The notes under the pieces were generated by a model, which was given only the letters and a program-made list of their open reading frames with translations, made no database searches and had not been told where the DNA came from. A DNA stretch of 64,000 bases. Source: Chthonomonadales bacterium. Its GTDB lineage: Bacteria > Armatimonadota > Chthonomonadetes > Chthonomonadales > CAJBBX01. The DNA lies in contig JBBIPC010000021.1 in NCBI GenBank assembly GCA_037443035.1, positions 1 through 64,000 on the forward strand. The letters run 5' to 3'. Each line of letters begins with the position of its first letter. Within the stretch, counting starts at the first letter, position 1. Positions 22,101 through 32,330 of this stretch are shown in pieces. The translations under genes were made by a program, and so were the position numbers.

Positions 22101-22663
22101 CCCTGAGCGCCGTCGGGTTCGATATGTACTGCCGCTTACTGGCGCAGGCGGTCTCGGAGATGCGAGGACAGGAAGTCGAGGAGGAGGACACGCTACCTCC
22201 CGCGGACCTACCGATAACGGCGCACATCCCGGTCACGTACATACCCAACGAGGCGGAACGCATATACTTCTACAAGCGAATGTCAGGGATCCGGTCGGTT
22301 CGGGATATCGAAGACCTCCAGGCAGAGCTCGAGGACCGCTACGGCGATCCTCCCAAGGCCGTGTGGAACGCCCTAGCGGTCCTGCGGCTGCGGCTGGCGG
22401 CTAAGCAGGTAGGATTGGCAGGGGTGCGGTACGAAAACAGAGCAGTGACGCTGCGTTTCGGGTCCGATGTGCGCTTCACGGTCAAGGGACTGGAATTGCT
22501 GACGAGCCTTCTGCGTAACCCACGACTGACGGCGGACTCGGTTGTCGTCCCGTTGCGGACGCCGGATGTTCTGAGAGAGGTCGAACAGATGATTCGGGCA
22601 ATCGCCTCGGCTCTGCGCACGGGATCGAAGAGGACCGCCGCCAGGGGAGGATCGAGCAGTTGA
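19118..22663 (+). CDS. mfd: Transcription-repair coupling factor
   Basis: UvrB-like RGGILDVFP, CarD-like GDYVVHVVHGIG, CGDVGFGKTEVA, DEEQRFG, TATPIPRT, QLRGRVGRS and a TRCF C-terminus. Confidence 0.98.
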   Translation: MQPDYLLDRLDAIEDLRIAMARLAKGEPYAIAGTAGPVRALLVAWLHRSYHGPLLVVTSFQEQMERLCDELRFFGVPTDRVLPLPALERDTVLRSAADYTVLGERATSLRALADGEPCVVVGTPEALLQKVGPPDETLGARIRIGKGEAIALDMLQHRLAAVGYVRVMTVTQPGQFAQRGGILDVFPIGAALPVRMELFGDEIERMSYFDPGSQRSTSAVGELEILPVRGFVLTRERAARAVPRVRELLARRCEELRSQGRRSDADDLEDRIGADLARLREREYFEAIEDYVPYIVPEDYCALDYLRKGVVAAGIESPIIVLDEPAFLEQHWMRVQAERAEARERRKERGDLLEGEEWEGVSPRGLERALEAGALLELSTLERGRGHFVPIAPAVLHSAVMETFRLHPDTVQEDSRRWLEQGALCVVVTDQPQRTRQVLAELGVPVVAEPDRSGVHVIEGRLRQGFKFDEARLYVLTDAELFGRTRPVPVRKRAAGGIPVSTLLDLREGDYVVHVVHGIGIYRGMVKRLIDGAEKDYLSIQYAAGDRLYVPADQIDRVQRYIGAEGARPPLNRIGGSDWQRTTRRVKEQARQIAKELIELYAARETATRPPYGEDSAWQVEMEDAFPYEPTPGQIRAIADVKADLASDRPADRLICGDVGFGKTEVAIRAAFKVVEAGKQVAVLCPTTILAAQHHATFTERLAAYPIRIELLSRFRSRDEQKRTIVNLRTGATDIVVGTHRLLSKDVEFAKLGLLIIDEEQRFGVVQKEKLKQMRKSVDVLTLTATPIPRTLSMALSGLREMSVIEEPPEGRLPIVTYVQEYSDELVRDAIMREIAREGQVYFVHNRVESISHIAHRIQRLVPHARLAIAHGQMSEDQLERIMHDFYHRQYDVLVCTTIIENGLDIPNVNTLIVDSAEHLGLAQLYQLRGRVGRSSRQAYAYLLVRPGRVLTTESEQRLMAVKEFTALGSGYQIALRDLEIRGAGNLLGAQQSGALSAVGFDMYCRLLAQAVSEMRGQEVEEEDTLPPADLPITAHIPVTYIPNEAERIYFYKRMSGIRSVRDIEDLQAELEDRYGDPPKAVWNALAVLRLRLAAKQVGLAGVRYENRAVTLRFGSDVRFTVKGLELLTSLLRNPRLTADSVVVPLRTPDVLREVEQMIRAIASALRTGSKRTAARGGSSS

Positions 22664-23715
22664 TACAACACCAAGGCACCACTCCATCGCGCCAGGAAGA
22701 GAGGGCATCTCCGGACCCGCCGCTGCCTCACCTCACGGCTGGCGACAGGGACCGCAGCCTTGCCGGCATGTTCCGGCTCATGCTGATCACACGTCGTTTC
22801 GAGGAGAGCCTCTACCGGAAGTACCGCGAGGGCAAGATCGGCGGATACCTCCATCGTTACGATGGGCAGGAGGCGCTCGTGGCAGGTGTGATCCCGTTGC
22901 TCGAACCAGGCGACTATGTTCTGAGCACCTATCGGGACCATGCCCACGCGCTGGCGGTGGGCACAAGTCCGCGCGAGATCATGGCGGAGCTTATGGGGCG
23001 CACAACCGGCTGTGCAGGGGGCAAGGGCGGCTCCATGCACCTTATCGATCCGGCACGGGGTTTCCTCGGAGGCGATGGTATCGTTGGGGGGCCAGTTCCC
23101 GTGGCCGTAGGCGTGGGTTACGCTATCAAGTACCGTGGAGATAGTGCCGTCTGTGTCTGCTACTTTGGCGACGGCGCCATGAACCAGGGCGGAGTGCACG
23201 AGGCACTGAACATGGCAGGTCTCTATCGCCTACCGATCCTCTTCATTCTGGAAAACAACGGCTACGCCATGGGCACTTCCGTGAGTCGGTCCACGGCCCA
23301 GACCGATATGCTCCTCAAAGCTCATGCCCATGGCATCGAAGCAGCTCGGGTAGACGGAATGGACCCCCTGGCGGTTCGGAAGACGGCCGAGCACGTGATC
23401 GCGGAGATACGCCGAGAGGTGAAGCCTTACTTCCTGGAGATGACATGCTACAGGTTCGTGGGCCATGGTGTAGCCGACAATGCCCAGCAGCAGCGGTTCT
23501 ACCGCACGGAGGAAGAGATCCAGGTTTGGAAAGCGCGGGATCCCCTGGTGCGTCTGAAGGACCACCTCCTGCGGACCGGGGAGCTGTCCGAGGCGGTTGT
23601 GGAACGCATGGAAGACGAAATCAGCGCCGTGATCGAGGACGCCATCCAGTTCGCGGAATCCAGTCCGCCTCCGACGCTGGATACGCTGTACCAGCACGTG
23701 TACGCGGAGGAGTAG
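22660..23715 (+). CDS. pdhA: Pyruvate dehydrogenase E1 alpha subunit
   Basis: Motifs GQEA, TYRDH, GKGGSMH, GDGA...ENN and YRFVGH. Confidence 0.92.
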   Translation: MIQHQGTTPSRQEERASPDPPLPHLTAGDRDRSLAGMFRLMLITRRFEESLYRKYREGKIGGYLHRYDGQEALVAGVIPLLEPGDYVLSTYRDHAHALAVGTSPREIMAELMGRTTGCAGGKGGSMHLIDPARGFLGGDGIVGGPVPVAVGVGYAIKYRGDSAVCVCYFGDGAMNQGGVHEALNMAGLYRLPILFILENNGYAMGTSVSRSTAQTDMLLKAHAHGIEAARVDGMDPLAVRKTAEHVIAEIRREVKPYFLEMTCYRFVGHGVADNAQQQRFYRTEEEIQVWKARDPLVRLKDHLLRTGELSEAVVERMEDEISAVIEDAIQFAESSPPPTLDTLYQHVYAEE

Positions 23716-23722
23716 ACGGACA

Positions 23723-24700
23723 ATGGCAGTCATGCGATATAGCGAAGCCCTCCGTCTCGCCATGTCGGAGGAGATGGAACGGGATCCCGCCGTGTTCGTG
23801 CTGGGTGAGGAAGTAGGGCAGTATCAGGGCACATTCCGGGTCACCGAGGGGCTCCTGGAACGGTTCGGTCCCCAGCGTGTATTGGATACGCCTATTTCAG
23901 AGATCGCCATCGCAGGTCTGGCGACAGGTGCAGCCATGGCGGGGCTCAGGCCCATCGCCGAGTTCATGACGTGGTCCTTCGCTCTCTCGGCTATGGATCA
24001 GATCGTGAACCACGCTGCGAAGATAACGTACATGTCCAGCGGCCGGATTCACTGTCCTGCCGTTTTCCGAGGTCCGGCCGGAACGGGCAACCAGCTCTCG
24101 GCACAGCATTCCCAGAGCCTCGAGTCATGGTACGCTCACACGCCGGGGCTGAAGGTGGTCCTGCCTTACACGCCCGCGGATGCCAAAGGTCTGCTCAAGA
24201 CGGCCATCCGCGATGAGAGCCCGGTTATCTTCATGGAGCATGCGGGACTCTATGCTACTCGCGATGAAGTGCCGGAAGACCCGGACTTCACGGTCCCATT
24301 CGGTCAGGCGGTGGTACGGCGCCCGGGCACTGATGTGACGCTGATTGGCTACTCCATCATGGTGCGCAAATGCCTGACCGCTGCCGAGCGGTTGGCCCAA
24401 GAAGGGATCTCCTGCGAGGTGCTGGATCTGAGGACGCTGACGCCCCTGGACATGGAAACCATCGTGGGTTCGCTGTCGCGCACCCACCGCGTCGTCGTGA
24501 CGCAGGAGGAGTGGCGGAATGTGGGATTTGCTGCTGAGATCGCGGCGCGTCTGGCTGATGAAGCCTTCGACGAACTGGATGCCCCCATCAAGCGTGTCGG
24601 AGGTGCGGACGTTCCCATGCCCTATGCCAAGGAGCTGGAGCAGGCTGCCATTGCCAGCGTGGATGCCATCGTCGAGGCCGTGCGCGCGGTGATGGCCTGA
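23723..24700 (+). CDS. pdhB: Pyruvate dehydrogenase E1 beta subunit
   Basis: Motifs GEEVG, DTPISE, AQHSQ and DLRTL. Confidence 0.92.
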   Translation: MAVMRYSEALRLAMSEEMERDPAVFVLGEEVGQYQGTFRVTEGLLERFGPQRVLDTPISEIAIAGLATGAAMAGLRPIAEFMTWSFALSAMDQIVNHAAKITYMSSGRIHCPAVFRGPAGTGNQLSAQHSQSLESWYAHTPGLKVVLPYTPADAKGLLKTAIRDESPVIFMEHAGLYATRDEVPEDPDFTVPFGQAVVRRPGTDVTLIGYSIMVRKCLTAAERLAQEGISCEVLDLRTLTPLDMETIVGSLSRTHRVVVTQEEWRNVGFAAEIAARLADEAFDELDAPIKRVGGADVPMPYAKELEQAAIASVDAIVEAVRAVMA

Positions 24701-24752
24701 GGATGCCGGGCATCATGTGTCCCGATGTGACGACAGGACTGGGGAGTCGCTG

Positions 24753-25976
24753 ATGGGTGAAGTACGCATGCCCAAAATGGGCGATGGCATGGAGGAAGGG
24801 ACGATCCTCCGTTGGCTGAAGCGCGAAGGCGATCGCGTCGAACTCGAGGAAGGTATCGCCGAGATAGAGACCGACAAGGCCAACGTGGAAATACCGGCCG
24901 AAGAGGCCGGCGTGCTCGCCAGAATCGTTGCAGCCGAGGGCGAGACCATCCCAGTCGGCAGCGTCATCGCCTACATTGGCGATGTTCCCGGAGGAAGTGC
25001 TCCGCCTGTCGGTGCCGAAGCGACGAAGGCGGCTACGGAGGTTGTCGTCGTCAATCCTGCACCAGCGAGTGAAGCACTGCCGACCACGACTGCAGGAGCG
25101 CGTGTGCGGGCAACGCCTTTGGCACGCAGCATGGCCAAGCGACTGGGTGTGGATCTAAGTCAGGTACGTGGAACCGGCGGAGGCGTGGGGCGTATCGTGG
25201 CGCGCGATGTGCTGGCTTTCGCCCAGACCCATGCCACCGCGGCTCCACCGGTTCCTGCTCCTCCCGAGGCGCAGCCACAGGCCGAAGGCTACACCGACGT
25301 CGAGATCACCAAGATGCGCCGAGCTATTGCTCGACGTACGGTCCAGAGCAAACAGAGCATCCCGCACTTCTACCTCACCATGCCCGTGGAGATGGAGAGG
25401 GCGTTGGACATGCTTTCGCAGCTCAATGCCAAGACACCGGACCGCCGCGTCACTGTGAACGACCTCATCGTGAGAGCCTGCGCCGTTGCTCTGCAAGCCT
25501 TCCCGGATGTGAATGTTTCCTTCACTGCGGACGAGAAGATCCGTCGGCACAACGCGATCCATATTGGTATCGCCGTCGGGACCGAAGATGGCCTGCGCAT
25601 CCCTGTCATCACGAATTGCTCGGAGAGAACCCTGCGGGAGATTGCCGACACGGCGCGAACGCTCATCGCGCGCGCCAGGTCCGGAGCTCTGACTCCCCAG
25701 GAGATGTCCGGCGCGACCTTCACGGTCAGCAACCTCGGCATGTTCGGTGTGGAGGAGTTCGCGGCGATCATCAGTCCGCCCGAGTCGGCCATTCTGGCCG
25801 TCGGAGCGATCGCGCCGGAGGTCCAAGTGACTGATGCCGGCACGTTCGTAGCCAAGAAGCGCATGCGGCTGACGCTCTCCTGCGATCACCGCACCGTTGA
25901 TGGATTGCTCGGAGCTCGCTTCCTTCAGGAGGTGAGGCGCCTCCTGGAGAACCCAGTGGAACTCCTGGACGACTGA
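24753..25976 (+). CDS. pdhC: Dihydrolipoamide acetyltransferase E2
   Basis: Lipoyl motif IETDKA, E3-binding ATPLAR and catalytic DHRTVDG. Confidence 0.92.
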   Translation: MGEVRMPKMGDGMEEGTILRWLKREGDRVELEEGIAEIETDKANVEIPAEEAGVLARIVAAEGETIPVGSVIAYIGDVPGGSAPPVGAEATKAATEVVVVNPAPASEALPTTTAGARVRATPLARSMAKRLGVDLSQVRGTGGGVGRIVARDVLAFAQTHATAAPPVPAPPEAQPQAEGYTDVEITKMRRAIARRTVQSKQSIPHFYLTMPVEMERALDMLSQLNAKTPDRRVTVNDLIVRACAVALQAFPDVNVSFTADEKIRRHNAIHIGIAVGTEDGLRIPVITNCSERTLREIADTARTLIARARSGALTPQEMSGATFTVSNLGMFGVEEFAAIISPPESAILAVGAIAPEVQVTDAGTFVAKKRMRLTLSCDHRTVDGLLGARFLQEVRRLLENPVELLDD

Positions 25977-26085
25977 AGTCGTCCCACGTTTGCGACAAGC
26001 GCCGTCACGCCCAGGGACGTCGCGGGTATAATAGGTGCAGCAGGGCGCGCTGCAAGACATGTCTGGCGAGAGGAGGTGCGATCAA

Positions 26086-26403
26086 GTGAAGGTAGCGATC
26101 CGATGTCATTGTGGTCAGCGCATCTCCCTCCGGGACGTTGTCCAGCGAGTCAGGGTGGTGCGACGGTTTGGCTCGCCCATGGTCTACCTCCGGTATCGGT
26201 GCTCCCGGTGCCAGAAGATGGGGGAACGGTACATCAAGCAAGATCAGTTCACCATGTGGAGTTTGCTTGGCGCGGAGCCCGAGGTGACGCCGCAGGAACG
26301 CAAGCGCTTCGATCGGATGGGACCCATCACCGAAGACGAGATCGCCCGGGTTCAGCAATCGTCCGCCGACCTGGCGAATCTCCAGGTGGCGGAGGATAGC
26401 TGA
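26086..26403 (+). CDS. Small zinc-binding hypothetical protein
   Basis: CHCG...CSRC motifs. RBS AGGAGG precedes the GTG, and a TATAAT lies upstream near 26027. Confidence 0.65.
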   Translation: MKVAIRCHCGQRISLRDVVQRVRVVRRFGSPMVYLRYRCSRCQKMGERYIKQDQFTMWSLLGAEPEVTPQERKRFDRMGPITEDEIARVQQSSADLANLQVAEDS

Positions 26404-26459
26404 CCGGAGTTCGCACGGCTCCGGCGACGCTCCCGGGAACGCTCCGTCGCCCATCCGCA

Positions 26460-26489
26460 TTGACACCTTCCCGTGCCGCATGCTAGAAT
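26460..26489 (+). promoter_or_regulatory. Sigma70-type promoter of the gap operon
   Basis: TTGACA (26460-26465), 18-bp spacer and TG-n-TAGAAT (26484-26489). Confidence 0.7.
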
Positions 26490-26570
26490 ACCGGCCGATG
26501 TGAGAATGATCTGGCCTGTCCACGTGCGGGTCGTGGGGGGTCAGGCATGTGGCAAGGAAGGAGTTCCCCA

Positions 26571-27584
26571 ATGGCTGTCAAGGTTGGGATCAACGGGTTC
26601 GGCCGCATCGGCCGCCTGAGCCTCAGGGCAATCCTGCAGTATCACCCCGACGAGATCGAAGTCGTAGCACTGAACGACCTCACCGACGCGAAGACCAACG
26701 CCCACCTCTTCCAGTACGACACGAACTACGGCAAGTTCCAAGGCGACGTTGCCGTGGACGGCAAGGACATTGTCATCAACGGGAAGAAAGTCACCGTCTT
26801 CGCTGAGCGCGACCCGGGCATGATCCCCTGGCAGGACCTAGGCGTAGAAGTCGTCTTGGAGAGCACGGGTCTGTTCACAGACGCCGAGAAGGCTAAGGCG
26901 CATTTCAATGCACCCACGGTGAAGAAGGTGCTGATCTCCGCACCGGCTAAGGGAGAAGATGTGACCATCGTCATGGGTGTGAATCACGATAAGTACACGC
27001 CCGGTTGCCGGATCATCTCCAATGCATCGTGCACGACGAACTGCCTGGCGCCTGTGGCCAAGGTCCTCAGTGATACGTTCGGCATCGTGACGGGCTTCAT
27101 GACGACCGTCCATGCGTACACGAACGACCAGAAGGTGGCGGACCAGTTCCACAAGGACTTGCGGCGGGCTCGGGCTGCGGCCGAGAGCATCATCCCCACG
27201 TCAACGGGAGCGGCCAAGGCCATTGGTGTCGTCATCCCCGAACTGCAGGGAAAGCTCCATGGTATCGCCCTGCGGGTGCCCGTGCCGACGGTTTCCCTCG
27301 TAGACCTCGTCGTGACTACCGACAAGCCGGTGACGGCCGACGCCATCAATGACGCCATGCGGGCAGCGGCTGCAGGTCCTATGAAGCCCTACCTCCGAGT
27401 CGAAGATGCCCCGCTCGTGTCCTCCGACTTCGTCGGCGAGTATGCATCGTCCGTCGTGGATGCTGCCGAGACCATGGTCCTTGGCGACCGCATGGCCAAG
27501 GTGCTCGCCTGGTACGACAACGAGTGGGCGTACTCGGTGCGCGTGGGAGATCTCATTGTCCACATGGCGAAGGTGGGTCTCTAG
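26571..27584 (+). CDS. gap: Type I glyceraldehyde-3-phosphate dehydrogenase
   Basis: Motifs [26 protein letters not shown] and WYDNEW. Confidence 0.98.
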   Translation: MAVKVGINGFGRIGRLSLRAILQYHPDEIEVVALNDLTDAKTNAHLFQYDTNYGKFQGDVAVDGKDIVINGKKVTVFAERDPGMIPWQDLGVEVVLESTGLFTDAEKAKAHFNAPTVKKVLISAPAKGEDVTIVMGVNHDKYTPGCRIISNASCTTNCLAPVAKVLSDTFGIVTGFMTTVHAYTNDQKVADQFHKDLRRARAAAESIIPTSTGAAKAIGVVIPELQGKLHGIALRVPVPTVSLVDLVVTTDKPVTADAINDAMRAAAAGPMKPYLRVEDAPLVSSDFVGEYASSVVDAAETMVLGDRMAKVLAWYDNEWAYSVRVGDLIVHMAKVGL

Positions 27585-27721
27585 AGCGGAGCGTCAGACT
27601 GTAAGCGGTTTGTGCCAGTCTGAGAGACAGGCCGTGCAGAGTGTGAACGAGCTGGGGGCATGGGCGACCGTGCCCCCTTCGTCCGAAAGGGTCCCAGTGA
27701 AGGAGAGAGGGAGAAAGAAGG

Positions 27722-28918
27722 ATGAACAAACTGACCGTAGAGGACCTTGACGTTCAGGGGAAACGCGTCCTGGTACGTGTAGACTTTAACGTACCGCAGC
27801 ATGAAGATGGCAGGGTGAAGGATGACCGACGCATCCGAGCCGCCCTCCCGACGATCAAGTACCTCATGGATCATGGAGCGAAGGTCATCTTGACCTCGCA
27901 CCTCGGCCAACCCAAAGGCAAGCCGGATGACCGAGCCAAGTACACGCTGCGCCCGGTCGCAGAACGCCTGAGCGAGCTCCTCGGAGTACTCGTGCCGCTC
28001 ATACCAGACTGTGTGGGACCCCAGGCGGACGCCGCGATCGCTGCCATGAAACCGGGCGAGGTGGTACTGCTGGAGAACGTCCGCTTCCACGAGGGCGAGA
28101 CGAAGAACGACCCCGAATTCGCCTCGCAACTGGCCTCCATGGCAGAACTATACGTGAACGATGCCTTCGGGACCGCACACCGAGCCAACGCTTCGACGGA
28201 GGGCGTGGCCCATCGCCTGAAGGCCGCTGCAGGCTTCCTCATGCAGAAGGAGCTGCAGTATCTGGGCGCGGCTCTGTCGAATCCCAAACGGCCGTTCATC
28301 GCCGTGCTGGGTGGCGCCAAGGTATCCAGCAAGATCGGCGTCGTGGACAATCTCCTGGAGAAAGTGGACCGGCTTCTCATCGGTGGCGGTATGGCGTATA
28401 CCTTCTTGAAGGCTCAGGGGAAGGAAATCGGCCGCTCCCTTCTCGATGTGGACTCGATGGACTACTGCCGCAAGGTTCTGGAGGCGCACGGCTCGAAGAT
28501 CCTCTTGCCTGTGGATGTCGTGGTGGCGGACGGCAATCCGTTCGAGAAAGGACCATCCGCGGTGCAGAGCAAAGTCGTATCGGTCAACGCCATTCCGCCT
28601 GATTGGGAAGGCGTGGATATTGGACCAGAGACCCGGAAGCTCTTCGCCGAAGCGCTGCGTGGCGCAGGAACCATCGTCTGGAATGGTCCCATGGGTATCT
28701 TCGAGTTTGCTGAATTCGCTGCTGGTACGCGAGCGATGGCACAGGCGCTGGCCGAGTCCGGAGCGGTCACTATTGTTGGCGGTGGGGAATCGGCTGCTGC
28801 CGTCGAGGAGATGGGCTTCGCCGACAGGATCACGCATGTTTCCACGGGCGGCGGTGCTTCCCTGGAGTTCCTCGAGGGCAAGGTACTCCCAGGTGTGGCG
28901 GCGCTCACGGACCGGTAG
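27722..28918 (+). CDS. pgk: Phosphoglycerate kinase
   Basis: Motifs [34 protein letters not shown] and STGGGASLE. Confidence 0.98.
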   Translation: MNKLTVEDLDVQGKRVLVRVDFNVPQHEDGRVKDDRRIRAALPTIKYLMDHGAKVILTSHLGQPKGKPDDRAKYTLRPVAERLSELLGVLVPLIPDCVGPQADAAIAAMKPGEVVLLENVRFHEGETKNDPEFASQLASMAELYVNDAFGTAHRANASTEGVAHRLKAAAGFLMQKELQYLGAALSNPKRPFIAVLGGAKVSSKIGVVDNLLEKVDRLLIGGGMAYTFLKAQGKEIGRSLLDVDSMDYCRKVLEAHGSKILLPVDVVVADGNPFEKGPSAVQSKVVSVNAIPPDWEGVDIGPETRKLFAEALRGAGTIVWNGPMGIFEFAEFAAGTRAMAQALAESGAVTIVGGGESAAAVEEMGFADRITHVSTGGGASLEFLEGKVLPGVAALTDR

Positions 28919-28944
28919 GACCTGCAGAACGGGAGGGGCAGGCA

Positions 28945-29784
28945 GTGAGACTGGGTACTCTGGTCGCGATTCGGAACCTGGACGAGGCCGATGCTCGACT
29001 GGATCAGGCACGAGCCGCCGGCTTCTCCCTCTGTCAGTTGAACCTTCAGGGAAGTGGCTTCGACCGCGTCGCCCTCATCGGATTGGCGGAGAAGCTGTTG
29101 GAGCGCGAGATGCGGCCGGTTGCGATCGGCTGTTATGTGAACCCGCTCCGCGCAGACGAACCTGGGCCGCTAGGAGCGTCCCGCAAGGAACTGGACTTCG
29201 TCTTGCATCACCTGGACGTCATCGGCGCACGTAAGGTAGTTCTGTTCACCGGCAGCCACGCTACTACGTTGTTCGATCCGCATCCAGATAACTTCACGGA
29301 TGAAGCCCTGGAGCAGCTTGCGGCCTTCATCACGGACGTGACGCGGAACACGCGCGCTCGGAACTACCAGTTGGTGTTGGAACCGTGGCATGGCCACGTG
29401 CTATGTAACGAGGACCGCATCATCACGTTCCACGAAAGCCTCGATCCTGCGGTGTCCTACCACGTGCGGTATGTCGTTGACGCGGCATCGCTGATTACGC
29501 CCGAGTCGTACCCGGATCGGAACCGGGTGGCACGCCGGGTGTGTCGAGCTATCGGGCCGGCGGCCGGCGTGGTGCACCTGCGGGACTGCATCATGCCGCC
29601 GGATGGGGAAGCCGGTCTGCCAGGGCCCGGGCAGGGCACCCTCGATTATGCCGCGTATGTCCAGGCTCTGCGCGAAAACGTACCGCCGGACACACCGGCA
29701 ATCGTGAGAAACGTGCCTCCCGACGAGCTTGCCCAAGCGCGATCGTTCCTGCTGGGCCTGGCCGAGGACTGGGAGGCGCTGTAA
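28945..29784 (+). CDS. Sugar phosphate isomerase/epimerase-like TIM-barrel protein
   Basis: IGCYVNPL, VLEP, VHLRD and PGQGTLDY match the xylose-isomerase-like (AP endonuclease 2) pattern. Confidence 0.75.
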   Translation: MRLGTLVAIRNLDEADARLDQARAAGFSLCQLNLQGSGFDRVALIGLAEKLLEREMRPVAIGCYVNPLRADEPGPLGASRKELDFVLHHLDVIGARKVVLFTGSHATTLFDPHPDNFTDEALEQLAAFITDVTRNTRARNYQLVLEPWHGHVLCNEDRIITFHESLDPAVSYHVRYVVDAASLITPESYPDRNRVARRVCRAIGPAAGVVHLRDCIMPPDGEAGLPGPGQGTLDYAAYVQALRENVPPDTPAIVRNVPPDELAQARSFLLGLAEDWEAL

Positions 29785-29808
29785 TACTCTGAGAGGAAAA
29801 CCTATACA

Positions 29809-30609
29809 ATGCGCAAGAAGATCATAGCCGGCAACTGGAAGATGCATATGCTCCGCGAGTCAGGTGCGGCGCTTGCACGAGAGATTGTGCCCACGGCCAA
29901 CGTTCGGCGGGATGTGGACGTCGTTCTGTGTCCACCCTACACCGCACTCGAGGCAGTCCATGCGGCGATTGCTGGTTCAGCGGTCGCTCTCGGCGCACAG
30001 GACGTTTTCTGGAAAGAGAAGGGTGCCTATACTGGCCAGGTGGCTCCTTCCATGCTCCTGGATGCCGGGGTGTCGTATGTCATCGTGGGACATTCTGAGA
30101 CGCGCGGGCGCTTCGGTGTTCCAGAACCGGACTTCGACGAGCAGATCCTGGCGCATTTCGGCGAGTCGGATAGGACTGTGAATCTGAAGCTACGCGCCGC
30201 AGTTGCGGCAGGCTTGAGGGTTATCTGCTGTGTCGGCGAGACGTTAGCCGAACGAGAAGCGAACCGTACAGACGCCATCGTTGCCTCGCAGGTAGCAGCA
30301 GCTCTCGCCGGTGTGGCCGCGTCAGACATGGAGTCCGTTATTTTCGCCTACGAACCCGTCTGGGCGATTGGTACCGGGCGCACTTGCGAAGCGGACGAAG
30401 CCGACCGTGTCTGCGGCGTGATACGATCCGAGGTGGGACGGCTTCTCGGTAGCAGCATTGCCGACGGTGTTCGAGTCCAGTATGGCGGCAGTGTCAAGCC
30501 CTCGAACGCCGCCGATCTCCTGCGGCGACCGAATGTTGACGGCGCGCTGGTTGGCGGAGCAAGCCTCGTCGCCGCTGACTTCTGCAAGATCATCGAGGCG
30601 TGCGGCTAG
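29809..30609 (+). CDS. tpiA: Triosephosphate isomerase
   Basis: Motifs AGNWKM, GHSE, AYEPVWAIGTG, YGGSV and GALVGGASL. Confidence 0.97.
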   Translation: MRKKIIAGNWKMHMLRESGAALAREIVPTANVRRDVDVVLCPPYTALEAVHAAIAGSAVALGAQDVFWKEKGAYTGQVAPSMLLDAGVSYVIVGHSETRGRFGVPEPDFDEQILAHFGESDRTVNLKLRAAVAAGLRVICCVGETLAEREANRTDAIVASQVAAALAGVAASDMESVIFAYEPVWAIGTGRTCEADEADRVCGVIRSEVGRLLGSSIADGVRVQYGGSVKPSNAADLLRRPNVDGALVGGASLVAADFCKIIEACG

Positions 30610-30681
30610 GGCGACGAACCTGCCAGCGACAGCCCTGGCGGGTCCAGTGCTTCTCAGTGGTCACGTTCTAGGACGAGCGCA

Positions 30682-31740
30682 ATGACCGCTCTGGTCGGCC
30701 AATCCACTGCGCAGCTCGAGGGACTTCTGGCCGCCTTCGGACAGCCGGCTTACCGAGCGCGGCAGGTGGCGGCCTGGATCTATCGCCGGCGTGTCCACAC
30801 GTTCGAGGACATGACCGACCTGCCTGCCGCTCTGCGGCGCGATCTGGCATCTCGCTTCGTCATCCGAACGCTGGTGCCAGAGCAGAGCGTTACAGCTCCA
30901 GACGAGGCGGCTAAGTACACCTTCCGCCTCTCCGACGGTAATCACATCGAGAGCGTGTACCTACCCTATGAAGACCGTGTGTCCGCATGCGTGTCCACGC
31001 AGGTCGGTTGCCCAGCGGGTTGTGCATTCTGCGCGACGGGCAGGCTCGGCTTGGCCAGGAACCTGACCGCAGGCGAGATCGTGGAACAGTACATGGCACT
31101 CCAGGATGCATACCCGAACCGACGCATTAGTCATGTCGTCTTCATGGGCATGGGAGAACCCCTGCTGAATGTGGATGCGACGCTTGCGGCAGTGCGTCTG
31201 CTGAACAAAGAAGTTCAACTTTCAGCCAGAAACCTGACCATCTCCACGGTCGGCATCGTGCCGGGCATTCTGCGGCTGGCGGAAGAAGGGCTACCGGTGA
31301 ACCTGGCGCTCTCCATCCACGCTCCCGACGATAGCCTTCGGTCGCAGATCGTGCCGATGGCTCGGAAGTGGCGTCTCGGAGAGATCCTCCAGGCTGCAGC
31401 GCGGTTCCGGGAGCGGACCGGCCGCGATGCGACCTACGAGTACGTGCTGCTCGATGGAGTCAACGACGCTCCGTCGCACGCGACTGCGCTTGCACGTCTG
31501 CTCGACGGGCTACGAGGGTCCGTGAACGTCATACCGTATAACTCCATCGAGGGTTTGGGCGACTTCCGAACGCCCTCACGACGTAGAATCGAAGCGTTCA
31601 AGAGGGTCCTTCGAGAAGCAGGATGCACGGTTACCGAACGGGCGAGGCGGGGCGAGGGAGCCAAGGCAGCATGCGGGCAGCTCGCAGGTGGGAGCGAGAC
31701 TCGACGGCCAGGTCGGCGTCGAACGGCCCACCGCGTGTGA
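30682..31740 (+). CDS. rlmN: 23S rRNA/tRNA m2A methyltransferase RlmN
   Basis: Radical SAM motif STQVGCPAGCAFC, plus FMGMGEP and AACGQL. Confidence 0.95.
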   Translation: MTALVGQSTAQLEGLLAAFGQPAYRARQVAAWIYRRRVHTFEDMTDLPAALRRDLASRFVIRTLVPEQSVTAPDEAAKYTFRLSDGNHIESVYLPYEDRVSACVSTQVGCPAGCAFCATGRLGLARNLTAGEIVEQYMALQDAYPNRRISHVVFMGMGEPLLNVDATLAAVRLLNKEVQLSARNLTISTVGIVPGILRLAEEGLPVNLALSIHAPDDSLRSQIVPMARKWRLGEILQAAARFRERTGRDATYEYVLLDGVNDAPSHATALARLLDGLRGSVNVIPYNSIEGLGDFRTPSRRRIEAFKRVLREAGCTVTERARRGEGAKAACGQLAGGSETRRPGRRRTAHRV

Positions 31741-32291
31741 CTGTCACCAGGCATTGGAGACACCTCCTGCCGATCGCAGGCGCGATGGGCATCATGCTGT
31801 CCGGATGTCGCCCGGAACCGCCGCCGCCGAAGGATGTCGCGCCTGTCCAACGGACGGTTGCTGCCAAGTCGGTGTTCATGGTGTGGCAAGAGCCAGGACC
31901 GGACGGGAGAGTACGGCCCGTGCTTGAACTGGAGGCGGTGAGTGGGCAGGTCGAGCAGAGATCCCAGTCCGGATCGTTCCAGGGCGCAGAGGCTCGCGTC
32001 TACAGCAAAGGGCAGCTCGCTGCACGCATGGAAGCGCCCCATGTAGAGGCGACAGCGGAGAAGAAGGTCGTTCGGGCATGGGGAGGCGTGACGGTGCTCG
32101 GCGAAAACCCGCGCGGGCTACGAGTTGACGCCGATCGTCTGGAGTGGTACCTTCAGGCGAACCGGATCGTGGCTTACGGGCGAGTACGTTTCATCCAGAG
32201 AAACGCCGAGACGAATCGTGTTGTCGCCGAAGGTGGCGTGTTCGAGAGAGTGACCATAGATACGGAACGGCAGCGTCTTACGATACCGTAG
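31737..32291 (+). CDS. LptC-like lipoprotein
   Basis: Lipobox LSGC, beta-jellyroll-like ADRLEW, position upstream of lptA/lptB, and GTGA coupling to rlmN. Confidence 0.6.
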   Translation: MTVTRHWRHLLPIAGAMGIMLSGCRPEPPPPKDVAPVQRTVAAKSVFMVWQEPGPDGRVRPVLELEAVSGQVEQRSQSGSFQGAEARVYSKGQLAARMEAPHVEATAEKKVVRAWGGVTVLGENPRGLRVDADRLEWYLQANRIVAYGRVRFIQRNAETNRVVAEGGVFERVTIDTERQRLTIP

Positions 32292-32330
32292 TCTGGTGGA
32301 ACGTGGCGAGGATGGGAGTATGAGGGTCGA

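Noticed and set aside
22660..25976. pdhABC without an E3 (lpdA) gene
   Set aside because: E3 is commonly encoded elsewhere and shared between complexes, so this is not unusual.
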